A stretch of 64,000 bases of DNA from the human T2T-CHM13v2.0 reference genome, Homo sapiens. How positions within the stretch are numbered: position 1 is the stretch's first letter; each line of letters starts with the position of its first letter. The notes beneath the pieces were generated by a model. That model had not been told where the DNA came from. It saw only the letters and a program-made list of their open reading frames with translations, and ran no database searches. The stretch is from assembly GCF_009914755.1 (NCBI RefSeq), contig NC_060942.1; one strand, written 5' to 3'. Shown one piece after another: positions 1 through 13,008 of the stretch. A program made the position numbers and the translations under genes.

Positions 1-145
1 GTCTGAGCTGGGAGGTCACAGGAACCCAGGAGGCTGTAGTGAGCTATGCTCATGCCACTGCACTCCAGCCTGGGAGACAGAGTTAGACCATTTTTCAAAA
101 ACAAATTATAAATTAAATAATAAAATAAGGATAAATAAATAAAGA
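1..145 (+). mobile_element. Alu right-arm fragment (old, AluJ-like) with A-rich tail, cut by window edge
   Basis: gcc actgcactccagcctgggagacagag followed by an A-rich tail. Confidence 0.8.
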
Positions 146-759
146 CATGTAAACTGTGCTCCTTGTAAATGATAAATCTATGCTCCCTTAGTGAAGAAGA
201 TGAGAATAATGGATATAGCAGGGAAATGGACAGAATTGGCCACATTAGACCACAATGAAAGTCATAATAGGCACCCCAAATCGGTACCATTAAAGCCACA
301 TAATGTGACCATAATGCAGGCAAATTGTGACCAATTAAAACAAACTGACAAAAAAAAAAAGGGTATCCTGGAGCATACGAATTCTAAATCTAAATTGAAT
401 GGAACTCAAAGAAGGCTTCACATTGAAAATAAAACCATGGGTATGTAAGTGAATTGTAACAAAGCTACTACATAGCAACATTAAGGTGGCAGAGCAGAAA
501 GGGGGCTAAGACAGCTATCTGTCATTTTATACCATTTTTTTTAAGAAAAGAAAAACTATAAAATTATGAATTTGGGTTCTAATTGAGAGATAAGACAATG
601 ATAACTGCAACAACTGTTAACATTTACAGTGCTTCAGTCCTGCTATGTGCTCATTCATGCCCAATAAGTGAAGAGCTGGAACTGAAAGCTTTCTTATATT
701 TATTCCCATTGTAGTCTCCCTCCAGAGTGCGGAATCATGTGTAACAAGAGGGGTAAGTG

Positions 760-1826
760 TTTAAAGAGGTCTTTTCTACATTTTTTACTTCCATAAGCAG
801 TCTCTGCAGTGTGAGTTCTTGTATGAACTACAAGTCTGAGGCAACACTGAGGCTTTTTTCATGTTCCTTGCTTTCATAGCTTCTCACCAGTGTGAGAACA
901 AATAGCTACTCAAGATGAATGAAGATGAATGAAAGGCTTTCCATAGAGTTTACCTTCACAGGGTTTCTTTTCACACTACTGTAAGATATGAGAGTCCAGG
1001 AAAGATGTTCTCATGCATGTTAACTCATTGAGCTCCCTTCCAGTGTGTCCTCCTCAGTATGGTGAAAAATTAATGATGATTTTCCACCTTTCACTCACAG
1101 GGCTTCTCACTATTGTATCTCTTAAGGTGGCTTTTAATTCTGATGACTTTGCAAAGTCTTTTCCACATTTGTCACATTTATAGGGTTTCTTTCCAGCATG
1201 ACTCCTTATATATGCATGTTTTGAGGCTTGCTGAAGGTTTTCCCACATTCCTTACATTCATAGGGCTTGTCCAGAATGTTCATTCTTAAATGTTTATTAA
1301 GGTGTAGGGAATATCTAAAGCCTTTGCCACTTTTGTCATATTCATAAGATTTCTTTCTAGTGTGAATTTTCATATGTCTCACAAGAAATCACTGGTAGGT
1401 AAAGGCTTTCCCATATTTGGGACATGTATGGCTTTTCTCTCCAGTAGTACTTCTGCTGTGTGAACCAGAATTTGGAGCAGGGGCAGAGGTTTTTCCACTT
1501 TGATGATTCTTATTCTTTGTCTCTACAGTACAGGACTGCATCTGCACAGCATGGACTGAGTTATTTCTGAAGAAATCTTCATATTGAATAAAGTTATACA
1601 TTTTCTCCCTAACATGAGTTATGTGGGCCCTAAGGCATACATCTTCACTGCAGGTTATTCCAAATGGACGCCACTCATGCATGTTTGCAGTTGTATTAAT
1701 TTTACTATGTATATGATGGACATTGTTCTGACTGTCTATCCATGTGTTTGATTTTAGCTGTTTTTCTCCCATATGAAACCCAGTGAATGTTGTACCTCAA
1801 GACTATCATATTCATTGTTTTCATAC
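760..1826 (-). pseudogene. ZNF114P: ZNF114-like C2H2 zinc-finger pseudogene fragment (last coding exon plus decayed fingers in the 3' region)
   Basis: ORF 1389-1772 (KSNTWIDSQNNVHHI...APNSGSH..TGEKSHTCPKYGKAFTYQ) and ORF 1054-1248 ([23 protein letters not shown]) match recalled ZNF114 (KSSTWTGSQNTVHHI...[53 protein letters not shown]). Stops and frameshifts present; no KRAB exon seen. Confidence 0.85.
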
Positions 1827-1829
1827 ATA

Positions 1830-2342
1830 TCACTTTATTTCAATAGTTTTTGGGAAACAAGTGGTTTCTGGTTACATGGAAAAGTTATTTGGTGGTGATT
1901 TTCTGAGATTTTGGTGTATGCACTACTCGAGTCATGTACACTGTACCCAATGTGTAGTCTTTCATCCCTCATCCCCCTAACCTTCCCTCCGAGTCCCCAG
2001 AGTCCCTTATATCATTCTTATGTCTTTACACCCTCATAGCTTAGCTCCCACTTATAAGTGAGAACATACAATATTTGTTTTTTTATTCCTGAGTTACTTC
2101 ACTTAGAATAATCATCTCTAACTCCATCCAGATTGCTGCAAATGCCATTATTTCATTCCTTTTTAGGGCTGAGCAGTATTCCATGGTGTATCTATAACAC
2201 ATTTTCTTTGTCCACTCATTGGCTGATAGACATTTAACCTGGTTCCACATTTTTGCAACTGCAAATTGTGCTGCTATAAATGTGTGTACAAATGTCTTTT
2301 TCATATGACTTATTTTCCTCTAGGTAGATACCCAGGAGTGGG
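1830..2342 (-). mobile_element. L1 3' end fragment (L1PB/L1MA-like)
   Basis: ORF 2083-2304 encodes an L1 ORF2 C-terminal-like peptide (FIAAQFAVAKMWNQ..MEYCSALKRNEIMAFAAIWMELEMIILSEVTQE); cccacttataagtgagaacat motif. Confidence 0.9.
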
Positions 2343-3049
2343 CTAATACAAATTTAAATAGAGATAATTATAAAATAAAGTAATCACCAAGTGAAAATTA
2401 CTATTTCTAGTAGTAAAACAAAATGCATTTATTGAGTAAAATTTGAACATATTTCTGCTCACATAAAGAATATGTAGCTTCTGTATTTTGTATAAATGAT
2501 ATGCTTCATCTCACTAGACTCATCCTGTGGTTAATTTGTGGGGGAGGGCAGGAGAAAATAACATATCTTTAAATTTAGCTTCTTGATTCACATTTTTCTT
2601 CAAGTTTCAATAGCTCTATTTTAGGAAAATGCCTCCAAGAAGATATTCAGATGCTTTGGGCTTTCTGTGGCCTCAAGGCAAAGTGAAAGTGAGTCTCAAG
2701 TCTCTTATTGTCTTCATGCTGTTCTCTGGATCTCTGCTTTCTCTGTGGCAGAGGGTCTCTCTGGTCTGATCGCTGAGGCCATTGCATTGCTTTTCTCTGA
2801 GATGAAGCTTGTACTCTTGAATCAGAGTACCGTGGAATTCCCTGCCTCCTGTTGGCTTGGATAAGATCTTCAGATCTCTCTGAGTTTCAGCATCCTTCTT
2901 CTTCCACAGTGTGTCTGGAATTGTCACATGTGGCCTTTTTGGCCGGCTCATTTTGCCCCTTGGTGCAGTGGCCCCATGTTATGTATGTTAGTTTTCAACT
3001 CAGTTAAGTTGCTTCCTATTTACCTCTATGACACTTCCACATTGCATAG

Positions 3050-3510
3050 ATTCATAGGTCTAGCAAGAGGTTTCTTTATATAAACCAAGCTGCCAGAAAC
3101 AGAAGAATGCTCACACAGTAGGTCAGATAAACCAAATTTATTACTCACAGAGGAGCCGGAAGAATCAGCAAAAGCCTAAGTTCTATGGCAAGCCTGACCC
3201 TTGAGGTCAGAAAAGTTGCCCAGGGTTGACAGAGTCTCCTCTGCACATGCTCCACTGTGTACTGCCGCTGAGGAACCCCTGAGTGCTCTGCCCTAGGTTT
3301 CACACCCCAAGTGCTACTTGGCTCTTTGAGTTTAAGAGTTGCCGAAATATCCTGTTCTAGGAACAACAAGGGCAGAGCCCAGACAATCCCAGACAGTTTC
3401 TCTCTATCTCAGGATATTGTCTTCTCGGAACATTCTAAAATTATTCTGAGAACCAGGAGGTACATAAAGCTGAGTTGGTCAAGGCCATTCAGGTCTTGTC
3501 CTCCTGATCA
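3050..3510 (-). mobile_element. Probable old solo LTR (family not assigned)
   Basis: tttattactcacag (reverse-strand polyA signal context typical of LTRs) and LTR-like size. Confidence 0.35.
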
Positions 3511-4148
3511 CATAAACAAAGTAGGCTATAAAACAATAAGCATTAGCAGAAATAATCATATTGCATTATCACAGCCATTCTTTATTATGATAAAAAGAAT
3601 TTATCCACCAAAAAGTTTTCTGAATTCTAAATCTGAATGAACCCAATAAAACAGAGATTTGGGCCTGTTGTTACAATTTAATAAAGGATTTACTAAACCA
3701 AAAAATTTACTTAAATACATAAACTCTGGAAGGAGTATAAAAATCATAAAGATTCATTTCAATAAAGGCTGGTATGCAAGGTTATCAGACATGTGACAGA
3801 GTAGTAGAAAATGTTGACAATGCTTAGGGCACAGTGAATATCATTGATTTTCAAATGAACAAAGAAGATAGTCAACTCAATAGAAAGATGGGCCAAAAAA
3901 TTCCAATACATTATTAACAATATGACAGATGCAAATGTGCACAATAAAATGAGATCTGTATTTTCACCACTCGCTTAGAAAATTAAGAATCCTAGATAAC
4001 ATTGTGTGATGAGGATATGAGGATAACAACCTTTATGGGCAATGGATGGGAAATTCAATGGTTTTAAACATTTCAGAAAATAACATGACAGGATCCATTT
4101 GAAAGTATGCATACTCTACAACCTGTCTCAATGACGGTCACATATACC

Positions 4149-4800
4149 TGATATAGTTTGTATGTGTGTCCCCTCCAAATCTCATGCTGAAATGTGATCC
4201 CCCATGTTGGAGGTGGGGCCCAGTGAGAGGTATTGGATCATGGGGTGGATCCCTTATGAATAGTTTAGCACAGGAATGTCCAACTTTTGGCTTCCCTGGA
4301 CCACAATGGAAGAATAATTTTCTTGGGCCACACATAAAATACACTAAAAATAGCTGCTGAGCTAAACACACACACACACACACACACACACACGAAGTCT
4401 CTTATGTTTTAACAAAGTTGACAAATTTGTTTTGGGCCACATTCAAAGCTGTTTGACCTGCATTCAGCCTGCAAGCTGCAGGTTAGACAAGCTTGGTTTA
4501 GAACCATCCCCTTGTGAGTGAGTTCTTCTCAGTGAGTTCATGAGAGATCTGATTGTTAAAAACAGCCTGGGACTGCCCCCTTCTCTCTCTTACTCCCTCT
4601 CTGACCATGTGACACACTGGCTCCCCTTCACCTTCTGCCATGATTGTAAGCTTCTTGAGGCCTCACCCAGAGCAGATGCCATTGCTTCCTGTGCAGCCTG
4701 CAGAACCCTGAACCAAGATAAACCTCTCTTTTTAAAAAATAAATAAATAAATTACCCAGCATCGCGTGTGTCTTCATAGCAATAGTAACAGACTAACATA
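4149..4800 (+). mobile_element. MST-type MaLR LTR, split by MER30
   Basis: tgatatagtttg...ccaaatctcatgctgaaatgtgatcccc start; ttctgccatgattgtaagcttcttgaggcctcacc; aaattacccagc end motifs. Confidence 0.85.
4271..4495 (+). mobile_element. MER30 (hAT-Charlie MITE) with internal (CA)n
   Basis: caggaatgtccaacttttggcttccctgg ... ggttagacaagcttg; 8-bp TSD gtttagca/gtttagaa; (CA)n at about 4367-4393. Confidence 0.85.
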
Positions 4801-5546
4801 GACCCTGACAAATTGTGACACATGACCAAAAAGTCTTTTCATAAGAATACCACAAGGAAGTGAATATTTCAGTAGCAGGATATCAGTGTGAATTCTACTG
4901 CAAGACTGGATAGGGAAAATGTGGTTGATTCATTTTGTCCAAAACTATGCAGCAGCTACAGGGGAATAAACAACCAAAAATAGCCTACAGCAGTGTGGAA
5001 ATACATGAAGGATGTGATGCTCTGTGAAAAAAATAGAAATAAAATTAGCTTTATAGCACGATACTCTTTAAGAAAAATGTATACACTTGTGTATATACAC
5101 ATACACACACTCAGAAAACAACCTTCTTATCTTGTAAGAATTCTTTAAGAGTAAAGAACTTATATCAAACACATTTGCATGCCTGTCTGTGACAAGGGAT
5201 AAAGAATAAAAAAATTGAATAAGTAAAACCAGAAAGAAACTTTTAGGAAACAATAATAATAATGTCTCATGAAGTAAAGAATATGATTAATTTTTTGCAA
5301 CTGTGGTATAAAAACAGAAATTGTCAAAATCACATGTAATGAGGTTTAGCATAGAGCTTATTGTAGGGCAAAAATCAAATTTTAAAGACTTAGTTTGCAT
5401 AGTTGGATGGAGGAATGGTCTCCTATGTGAAGTAGTAAGATACACGAAACAATCCCATGGGTGTATGGGAAGAAAATACTCAAAATGCTACTTATATTTA
5501 TCTTTCACTCATTTTCCCAACAGTTTAGTATCTAAATGCTAGAGGA

Positions 5547-5850
5547 GGCCAGATGTGGTGACTCACACCTGTAATAGCAGTGCTTGAGGGTGGGGGGCAA
5601 GGCAGGAAGAACACTTGAGGCCAAGAGTTCTAGGCCAGCCTGGGCAACATAGTGGGTTTTTGTGTCCACACACAAAAAATAAAAATTAGCCAGGCATGAT
5701 GCTGTGCACCTGTAGTTCTATCTACTGGAGAGGCTGAGGCAGGAGGATCACCTGAGGGAGGAGTTTGAGGCTGCAGTGAGCCATGATCACTGTACTGCAC
5801 CATAGCCTGGGTGACAGAATGAGACCCTGTCTCTTAAGTGAAAATAAGTA
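5547..5850 (+). mobile_element. AluJ
   Basis: Diverged dimeric Alu; ttgaggccaagagtt, gaggctgcagtgagccatgatc. Confidence 0.9.
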
Positions 5851-7949
5851 AGAGTTGGAGACCACATGATCTTTCTAGTTTTCCGCCCCTATTGCAGTTC
5901 CCTGTAGATTATTTTGCTTATTCCCAATGTTCCAGGTGTCTCTGCACATTGTAGCCTTGTCCTTCTACCTAATCAAGGCCCCAGATCCAGCAAATGTCCT
6001 CAGAGATGGGCTCCGCTGGTAATCTGTGATCACCTAGGAAAGGCTTATTTTTCTCTGAAATTTAGTTCATTGTAACTTTAGGCCCATAGTGTTTTGATGG
6101 CTTTAAACAAAAAAAAAAATTTTTAAGTTCATCCAATGTCTTCTCATTATGGCAGGAGAAATTGCCCCGGTAACTATTTTAATTGGAAGAAGAATTTCTA
6201 ATGTAGGCATTGTAATGAGGTTTTTGGTCTTTGGCCTTACTGGAGCAGTTAAATTCAAGTCTATTTCCTATATTATGCATGTATTGAAGGATCAAATGAG
6301 AAAATATATGTAGAGCGTATAAAGTGTCTAATGTACACTACTGATATACAGTTGTATTATGACTACACACTGAAAACACATAATCAACCAGATTGCTTCC
6401 TGAGACCTAGAGCCAGGCCTTTCCAATGATACTTAACGGTCAAATAATTCTATTCAATTTTTCATGGGACTTGGGGTTTGGTCCATGAAGTGTTGCCATG
6501 GTATGCAAATCAATTATGGCAATAAGCCTGCTAGTTTATTCAGCAAATATATTCTTGTAGCAATAGTTACTCAATGAAAGAACTAATATATTTAATTTCT
6601 AGTAGAAGCTACTTTGTCATTGTGAACTGGTTACAAACCTTGAATGCTCTAGCTATTTTGAGGAGCATTAATAGGCATTACCCAAAGAAGATGATATATT
6701 CCTTAGACAGCAAGAACTCTTATTCTTGTTTATCTTCCTTTTGATGAACTCTACAGTCTCTTGGTAGTAAATCCAGATTCTGTCGGATGTACAAAACAAT
6801 CCCCCATAAATTTAAATTTATGCCTATGATCATGTGTAATGAAATTAGCCCTCAAGAGCCAACTTGAGACCATGTTCAGAACAGAAGCTTCAGAAACCTA
6901 TGGCACATGAATATAAGACCATTTTAGACACAGTCCCCAAATTACCTCTGAATTCAGTAGGAAAAAAGTGACAAGGAACAATATTTAGGGCATCTAGGAT
7001 AGTGCTACATTCTCATGCCTAACATAAGCAAATTAAAACCTCATACTAATGCTCTGAAGCCTAATAATAACTAGTAAGGTTCATGTCTGTCAAAAAGCCA
7101 CTGCAGGCTACTGTTAAAACCAGCTACACAACGATCTGAAAGCCATTTGCCTCCCTCTAGTTAAAAACAGTCCCATGTCTACTGATGATGTAGTTAAGGC
7201 TGTATCAAGATCTATCTCTCAGCAGGGACATGTTGCCCAAATGCTAATGTTTGACCAACAAAAGTTTTGCAGCCAGAGCTTGTGCAAGTATTGGTAGATA
7301 GAAAATACAAAATCAAACCATTTCTCATGAATGATTAAACAATTAAAAAAATGAATGCAAGAAGCTTGTGTGCATGTGCATGGGTGTATGCATGTGTGTG
7401 TATATTCAGCTTTGTTAAATTTATTTAACTTTATTAACTTTGTTTAAAATTTAATTTGAAAATTAGATTGGGGAGCAAAATATCATTCTTTCTCTCTCAT
7501 CATAAAACTTTTGGCTCATGGGATTATGACATTCTGCCATGCTTGGAAAAGTTGGATTTATGAAACCAGTAGCTGGACTGAGCCTGCCTATGCAGCTCTT
7601 ACACAAGTGCTTCCTATTTTGTGCACAAGCAGCCTCAAGAGCCCAAAGATAGTGATTGAGAGAGACAGGCTCTGAAGCCTTTTTATTTCAACTTCTTGGA
7701 ATCACCACCTTGCTAATAAATATCAAAATCTTCGGTGTCATTTATCAGATTAATTACTTTTTCCATAAAAAGAGTGAGTTGAGAAAATAACAAGCAAGAA
7801 ACTCCCTGTCCCTTCTTCATCCTGAAAACAGGAGAATCAATATCTTAACCCTGTTTTTGAGAGATGAATGGGTAGGTCAATATTGCTTGGCTATTTGTCC
7901 TTCCACTTGGGAGAGATTACTGCTGCATTTTCCCCTCAATCTCTAGAAT

Positions 7950-8800
7950 CATGGCTTATAGAAAACAATTATGTACTGAATTACTAATTGCATCAAAACT
8001 TTATTAGACTTCTTATCAAAGAGCATGCTCAGATTTATTTATTATTAATAGTAATAAAAATATAAAAATTTAAAAACAATATTATAAGTAACAGAGAAAA
8101 CTATGCACTGTTATGAAAGCCTTTCATATTTAGGGATATCAGGTAAGGCTTCCCTTGGTGGTGAAGATGAAGAGCAAACTAAAATAAAAGTAAGAGCTAA
8201 TTATATAAATCTGGGATGGTAGTGGGAAAAGCATTTGAATAAGAAGACCAAAGTCCAGAAGGCAAGAAAAAATATATCTGAATCATTTAGCTCAATAATG
8301 TTCCTGCCACAAGATGGGGGAGAGAGAAAAGAAACAAATTTTGTACTGCTTGAACCCATTTTTTGACTCTTGATTGGACTCCTAGTACCAATGTGAAGTC
8401 TTTGGGAATTTTTAAGCCAAGCAATTTACAATGTAAATTGTATTTACATTTCAAGTAAGTCATTTTGCATATAGCACAGAAACATTTTTGGAGAGAGAAT
8501 CAGGGAGAGCACTTTAGAGGTGCTCACTGTAGCCCAGGTGAGAGAGTGATGGGGTGGAATCCATAATGGCAATGAAGACAGAAAGAGAAAAATTCATTCA
8601 AGAAATAGAGAGAAGGTAAAATCTGACAACACTTGGCGACTGAAAATGGAAATGTGAAGAAGAAAATGTCAAGAATTACACTGAGATGTCAGGTGTAGGT
8701 AGAGGTCGACATCACTTGCTGGAAAGAAAAAACCCAGGAAGAATACCACTTTCAGTGAAAGAGACATCTGGGTTGCTTAAAGTATCATGAAATGGGACTT
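7950..8800 (-). mobile_element. L2 remnant
   Basis: Purine-rich L2-like motifs (agcccaggtgagagagtgatgg; gaaggtaaaatctgacaacacttgg). Confidence 0.5.
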
Positions 8801-10281
8801 TTCCAGTTCCAGGCAGGTAAGTTAGGAGGGCTCAACCTTGAGGCACAAAAGATGGTGATGGTGGTAACAGTGGCCTTGAGACCAGGACCTATACCAGACT
8901 CCAGAAAGATTAGTGTGATTTGGAGTAGCTACAGACCGGAATATTTCAGTGAAAAACAAAACAAAACATTCATACTTATTCTTGGAATCTTGCTTTATTT
9001 GAAGGAGTAAATAGTTGGGCCTTACAGCTGCAAGTTTTGGTAAGCCCTAAAATGAAGAGAAAATTGTATAAAATGGAAGCAATTCACCAATTCTATTCAC
9101 TAAACATTTAATGATTTTCTTCCAGGTTTAAGTATTATGATAGACATTGTACAGTAATTAATTTATTGACCATCTTCTCTGGTGTTTGTATTAATACACA
9201 AAGAGATATAACTTTAAAAGTATAGTATTGCTTTCAGCTTACACCAATCATTACCCATTATCCCAATTCATTAAATCAGATTGTTTCAGTGATAAGTTAC
9301 ATTTTGAAGTTAATGAAATACTTAAAAGGCTGTGATGTTGTAACTGCAGATGTAGTATGCAAAACACGTTTGATTCATGTTGCTCAACACAATTTCATCA
9401 TAAAATCTTATCTATAAAATAATATTTTTACACATCTATTATTATTCTCTTGCTTTATGTAAACTTTATATCTATCATTTATCTCTATCAAATAAAGTTA
9501 CATTTCTAGTTTTTTATTCCCAACTATAAATGACAGCATTAATTTTTACAAACATTAATGATGAACTATACTCACTCATAACTATTTATGTCTAAGTTTT
9601 CTTAGAGTTATTGAACAATTTCTGAGTAACTAATGGCTAGCCTTTTATTATTCTATGATGATAAATATTTTTCAGTATCCAGGCTTCAGACATATTTTTG
9701 AAAACTTATTTCTCTATGGGTCAAAATTTAAATCAGTTGTAATATGTGATCCACTCACAAATATCTTCTCCAGGCTGAGCTATTAAAATGAAATACCAAA
9801 GTGGCTCCCCAAGACACCCATTTATAGTCTATACGTGCAGTGCAGGGTTCCTGAACCAAGGCACAGTGTAATCAGGGAAATTTTATTTTTTGTTTTCTTT
9901 TTCTTAAGATGTTTCTTATTCCCAGTTATATAAAAATGTATATTACAGGCAAAGAAAAATTAACATGAATGGAAGTAAATATAAAGTATATTCACATTAA
10001 TATCAGCTTTGCTTTATCTATTAAAGTATATGACAAGCTTGCGGTTTTCAGGACCTTGTAACTCCTGGTTCATTGCAAAGCACAGAAATTCTTCAGAGCC
10101 TCAAGAGTTGTGTTTAATGCACTATTTAAATAGTCTCCAACCACTAGTTAGATAGCTTAGCGGTCAAATAGCCTTTGAAATCTCTGTAGACTCACCTCAA
10201 TTGAGCAGTCCTGATAATTTACAGAAGTGTGTAGTGCACTAAGAGATCCCTGATGTATGATGTCTTTGCCTGTAGAGTGTT

Positions 10282-10430
10282 TTCTGTGTTTATCCACTGA
10301 AGTGTGTGTGGGGGTGTGTTTCTGTGTGTAGGTGGGTGAGTATGGGGGTGTGTGTGTGTCTGCGTGTAGGTGGGTGAGTATGGGTGTGCACGGGTGTGTG
10401 TGTGTGTGTTTATATTGTGGTGTGTGTCTG
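10282..10430. repeat. Degenerate (GT)n/GT-rich compound microsatellite with a duplicated gtgtaggtgggtgagtatggg unit
   Basis: Directly visible. Confidence 0.9.
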
Positions 10431-11689
10431 TTGGGGTGCTGCCATCAGGGATTTGGAAGACTGAGAACCATAAACTTGTAAACACTCCTACATGTCTGCT
10501 TCATAAGAAGTGTATTGAACATGGCCAAAAGTAACTAAACTAAGTAAACAAATTAGACATTAATTAAGTTTAATGTTGGGCAGGAAAGAAGTATTAAGAC
10601 GAGGTTAAATGAAGAAATATAACCAAATGAATGAAAATTTTAAATTGATTAGTAGAATGAGACAGGAATATTTTTTAAAGTTTATAATTTCTAATGAATA
10701 TCAGTATACAAAACTAAGAATTATATGGCTGTCAATTGACTAAAAACTGTACTTAAGATTTGAGCTAGTGAAACAACCATATATGATCTTCTAATTCCAC
10801 TTTTCTGTCTCAAGAAGGACTTGTTAAAATGATTTTTTTTGAAATTTTACATTCTCATCTTGAAAGAGCATCACAAAACTTACATGAGAATCTGGATTGT
10901 CATAAGAGGTCTGATTTTTTAATGGTATGTTTGTATTTCTATTATGTACATCATGTCAAGCATTCATTTCCTGAGCTGTTCTCCAGAACACAATTTAACT
11001 TGTAATGGACACTCAATAAATGGTCGGTTGGATAATCAAATCAACACCTTAGTTCCATCAATTTTCATTTCATATAAAAATCACTGATCTTCTATACTCA
11101 TCAAAGAAACAGAGAGATGAAGGAGGGAGAGGAGTTGAGACTGAGAGGATGACAAGCAGACCTCATTCTGCACTTCTGAATGCTTGGAAACACTTGCCTT
11201 CCCCAAAAAATTGGTATTTCCTAGGCAGCAAATGGGAGTTAAAGAAAGTCCATATTTCTGTATTACAATAACTTACACTATAATACACAGATGACATACA
11301 TTTCTAAGCTATTCAATTCATAGAAAATGTAGATAAATTTAGGTGAGCAAGGTGTAGGAGAAGGGTTAGTAATCCAGCTGAGTGTGATTGTGAGATTAAA
11401 TCTAATATTATCTTATACAATTGTTGTATAATTGTATCAGTTGACATATCTGTTGAAACAAAAGGTGGGAGAGTTTTGCATGAGCTTCTGAAATTTACAG
11501 GATGATGTTAGGAGAGAGGTTGGTCAATGTGGCTAGGCCAGATGTATTTACTAATTGAGGCTTAAGAAAGTTAAGTTCCTAACCTCTCCCAGAGACTGGG
11601 AGATAGAGGCGCTAAATTGTATAACATTTATATTTAATATATATTTAATAATATATATAAAGTCTTAAAATGCCAATTTTGAGTCTTTT

Positions 11690-13008
11690 CATTTTCTTCT
11701 TAAAAACAGAGGTTTTATTGTGTTTGGTCCACAGTTGGTATTTCACATTATCTCATGGTCCAGGGTCCCTGGGTGGGGGGCCCCGTGCAGTACTTGGCAG
11801 GGCGTGTGGTGGGGGGAGATACAGCAGTAGACCTGGTCAGGCCCGGAAGGGGAGAAGGAGGGCTGGAGCTCCTTAAAACCTACGGAGGGGCTGGGCGTGG
11901 TGGCTCACACCTGCCATCCCAACACTTTGGGAGGACGAGGCAGGCAGATCACATGAAGGCAAGAGTTCCAGATCAACCTGGCCAACATGGTGAAATCCCG
12001 TCTCTACTAAAAATACAAAAAATTAGCCAGGCGTGGTGGCACAGGCCTGTAGTCCTAGCTACTCTGGAGGCTGAGGCAGGAGGATCGCTTGAGCATGGGA
12101 GGCTGGTGCAGTGAGGCGAGATTACTCCACTGTGCTTCAGCCTGAGAGACAAAGTGAGACTACATCTCAAAAAAACAAAAACAAAAACAATCAAAAAAAC
12201 CCTACTGAGGGCCACGGGGGTAAGGGGACTAGTATGGAGAAGGGTCAGGCTTAACACTAACAACGGAGAATTCCACTACCTTGTACGGGCCTGTTTCCTC
12301 ACCGGGCCCCAGCGTAGGTCTGAGGGTCTGAGTTCTGTTGGTCTGAGGGTCCTAGGGAAATCCAGCCACTCAGGAGCCTGAGATATTTTAGCATCCTGGC
12401 CGGGCCCCCTGTCCCAAGGGACTGATTTCCCAGCACCCACTGTCCCCGCCCCATTCCTGGGGGAAAAAAAAATTTTTTTCTTTTGTTAATACTTCTTGAA
12501 ACTTTTGCGGGTACAGAAACCACAAACTGATCGGTTGACAAAAGGGGGAAGAGGACAGGCAACCGGAAACCTTCGGGGACCGGCTCCCTCCATGCCCAGG
12601 TCTCGTCTCCCCAGCACAGCTAGGCCCACAGCCTGGACGCGCCAGCGGGGAACCTCACCCTACACGCATCGGGATACGGCCTTGATCCCTTCCCCCACAG
12701 CCTGGTGGCTCAGTCCTGCAAAGGAACGAAAGCAACGGGGAAAAAAAACCCTGCTGCCTGATCCCACGCTGCTACTCAACAGACGCTCTGTTGACTGGCA
12801 GCACTGAACAGGTTAAAAAAAAAAAAAAAGAAGAAAACACAGAAAAACCCAAACACCCAGATGGGGAGACCATGTGGGGAGAGAGCGTGCTGGGAGCCTC
12901 AGTAGCTCGTCTCCTCTTGGTAGTAAGGGAGATATTCAGGGGCCTCCGCTGGCCCCGGGCCATCGCCTGCACCCGAGGGAGCCCTGTGGGCCACTGTCCC
13001 TTAGCACA
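11690..13008 (-). pseudogene. CNN2P: CNN2 (calponin-2) processed pseudogene: last ~35 codons plus 3'UTR
   Basis: Minus strand 13006-12899 reads GTVAHRAPSGAGDGPGPAEAPEYLPYYQEETSY* versus recalled CNN2 C-terminus GTVADGAPSGTGDCPDPGEVPEYPPYYQEEAGY*; AATAAA at 11714-11719 (minus) with a decayed T tract. Not in the supplied ORF track. Confidence 0.88.
11889..12196 (+). mobile_element. Alu (S/J age) inside the CNN2 3'UTR copy
   Basis: Full dimer; TSD aaaacctacggagg (11875-11888) / aaaccctactgagg (12197-12210). Confidence 0.92.

Noticed and set aside
2673-2951. 92-aa minus-strand ORF as an upstream ZNF114 exon
   Set aside because: No KRAB or ZNF114 similarity recognised; more likely old repeat or chance.
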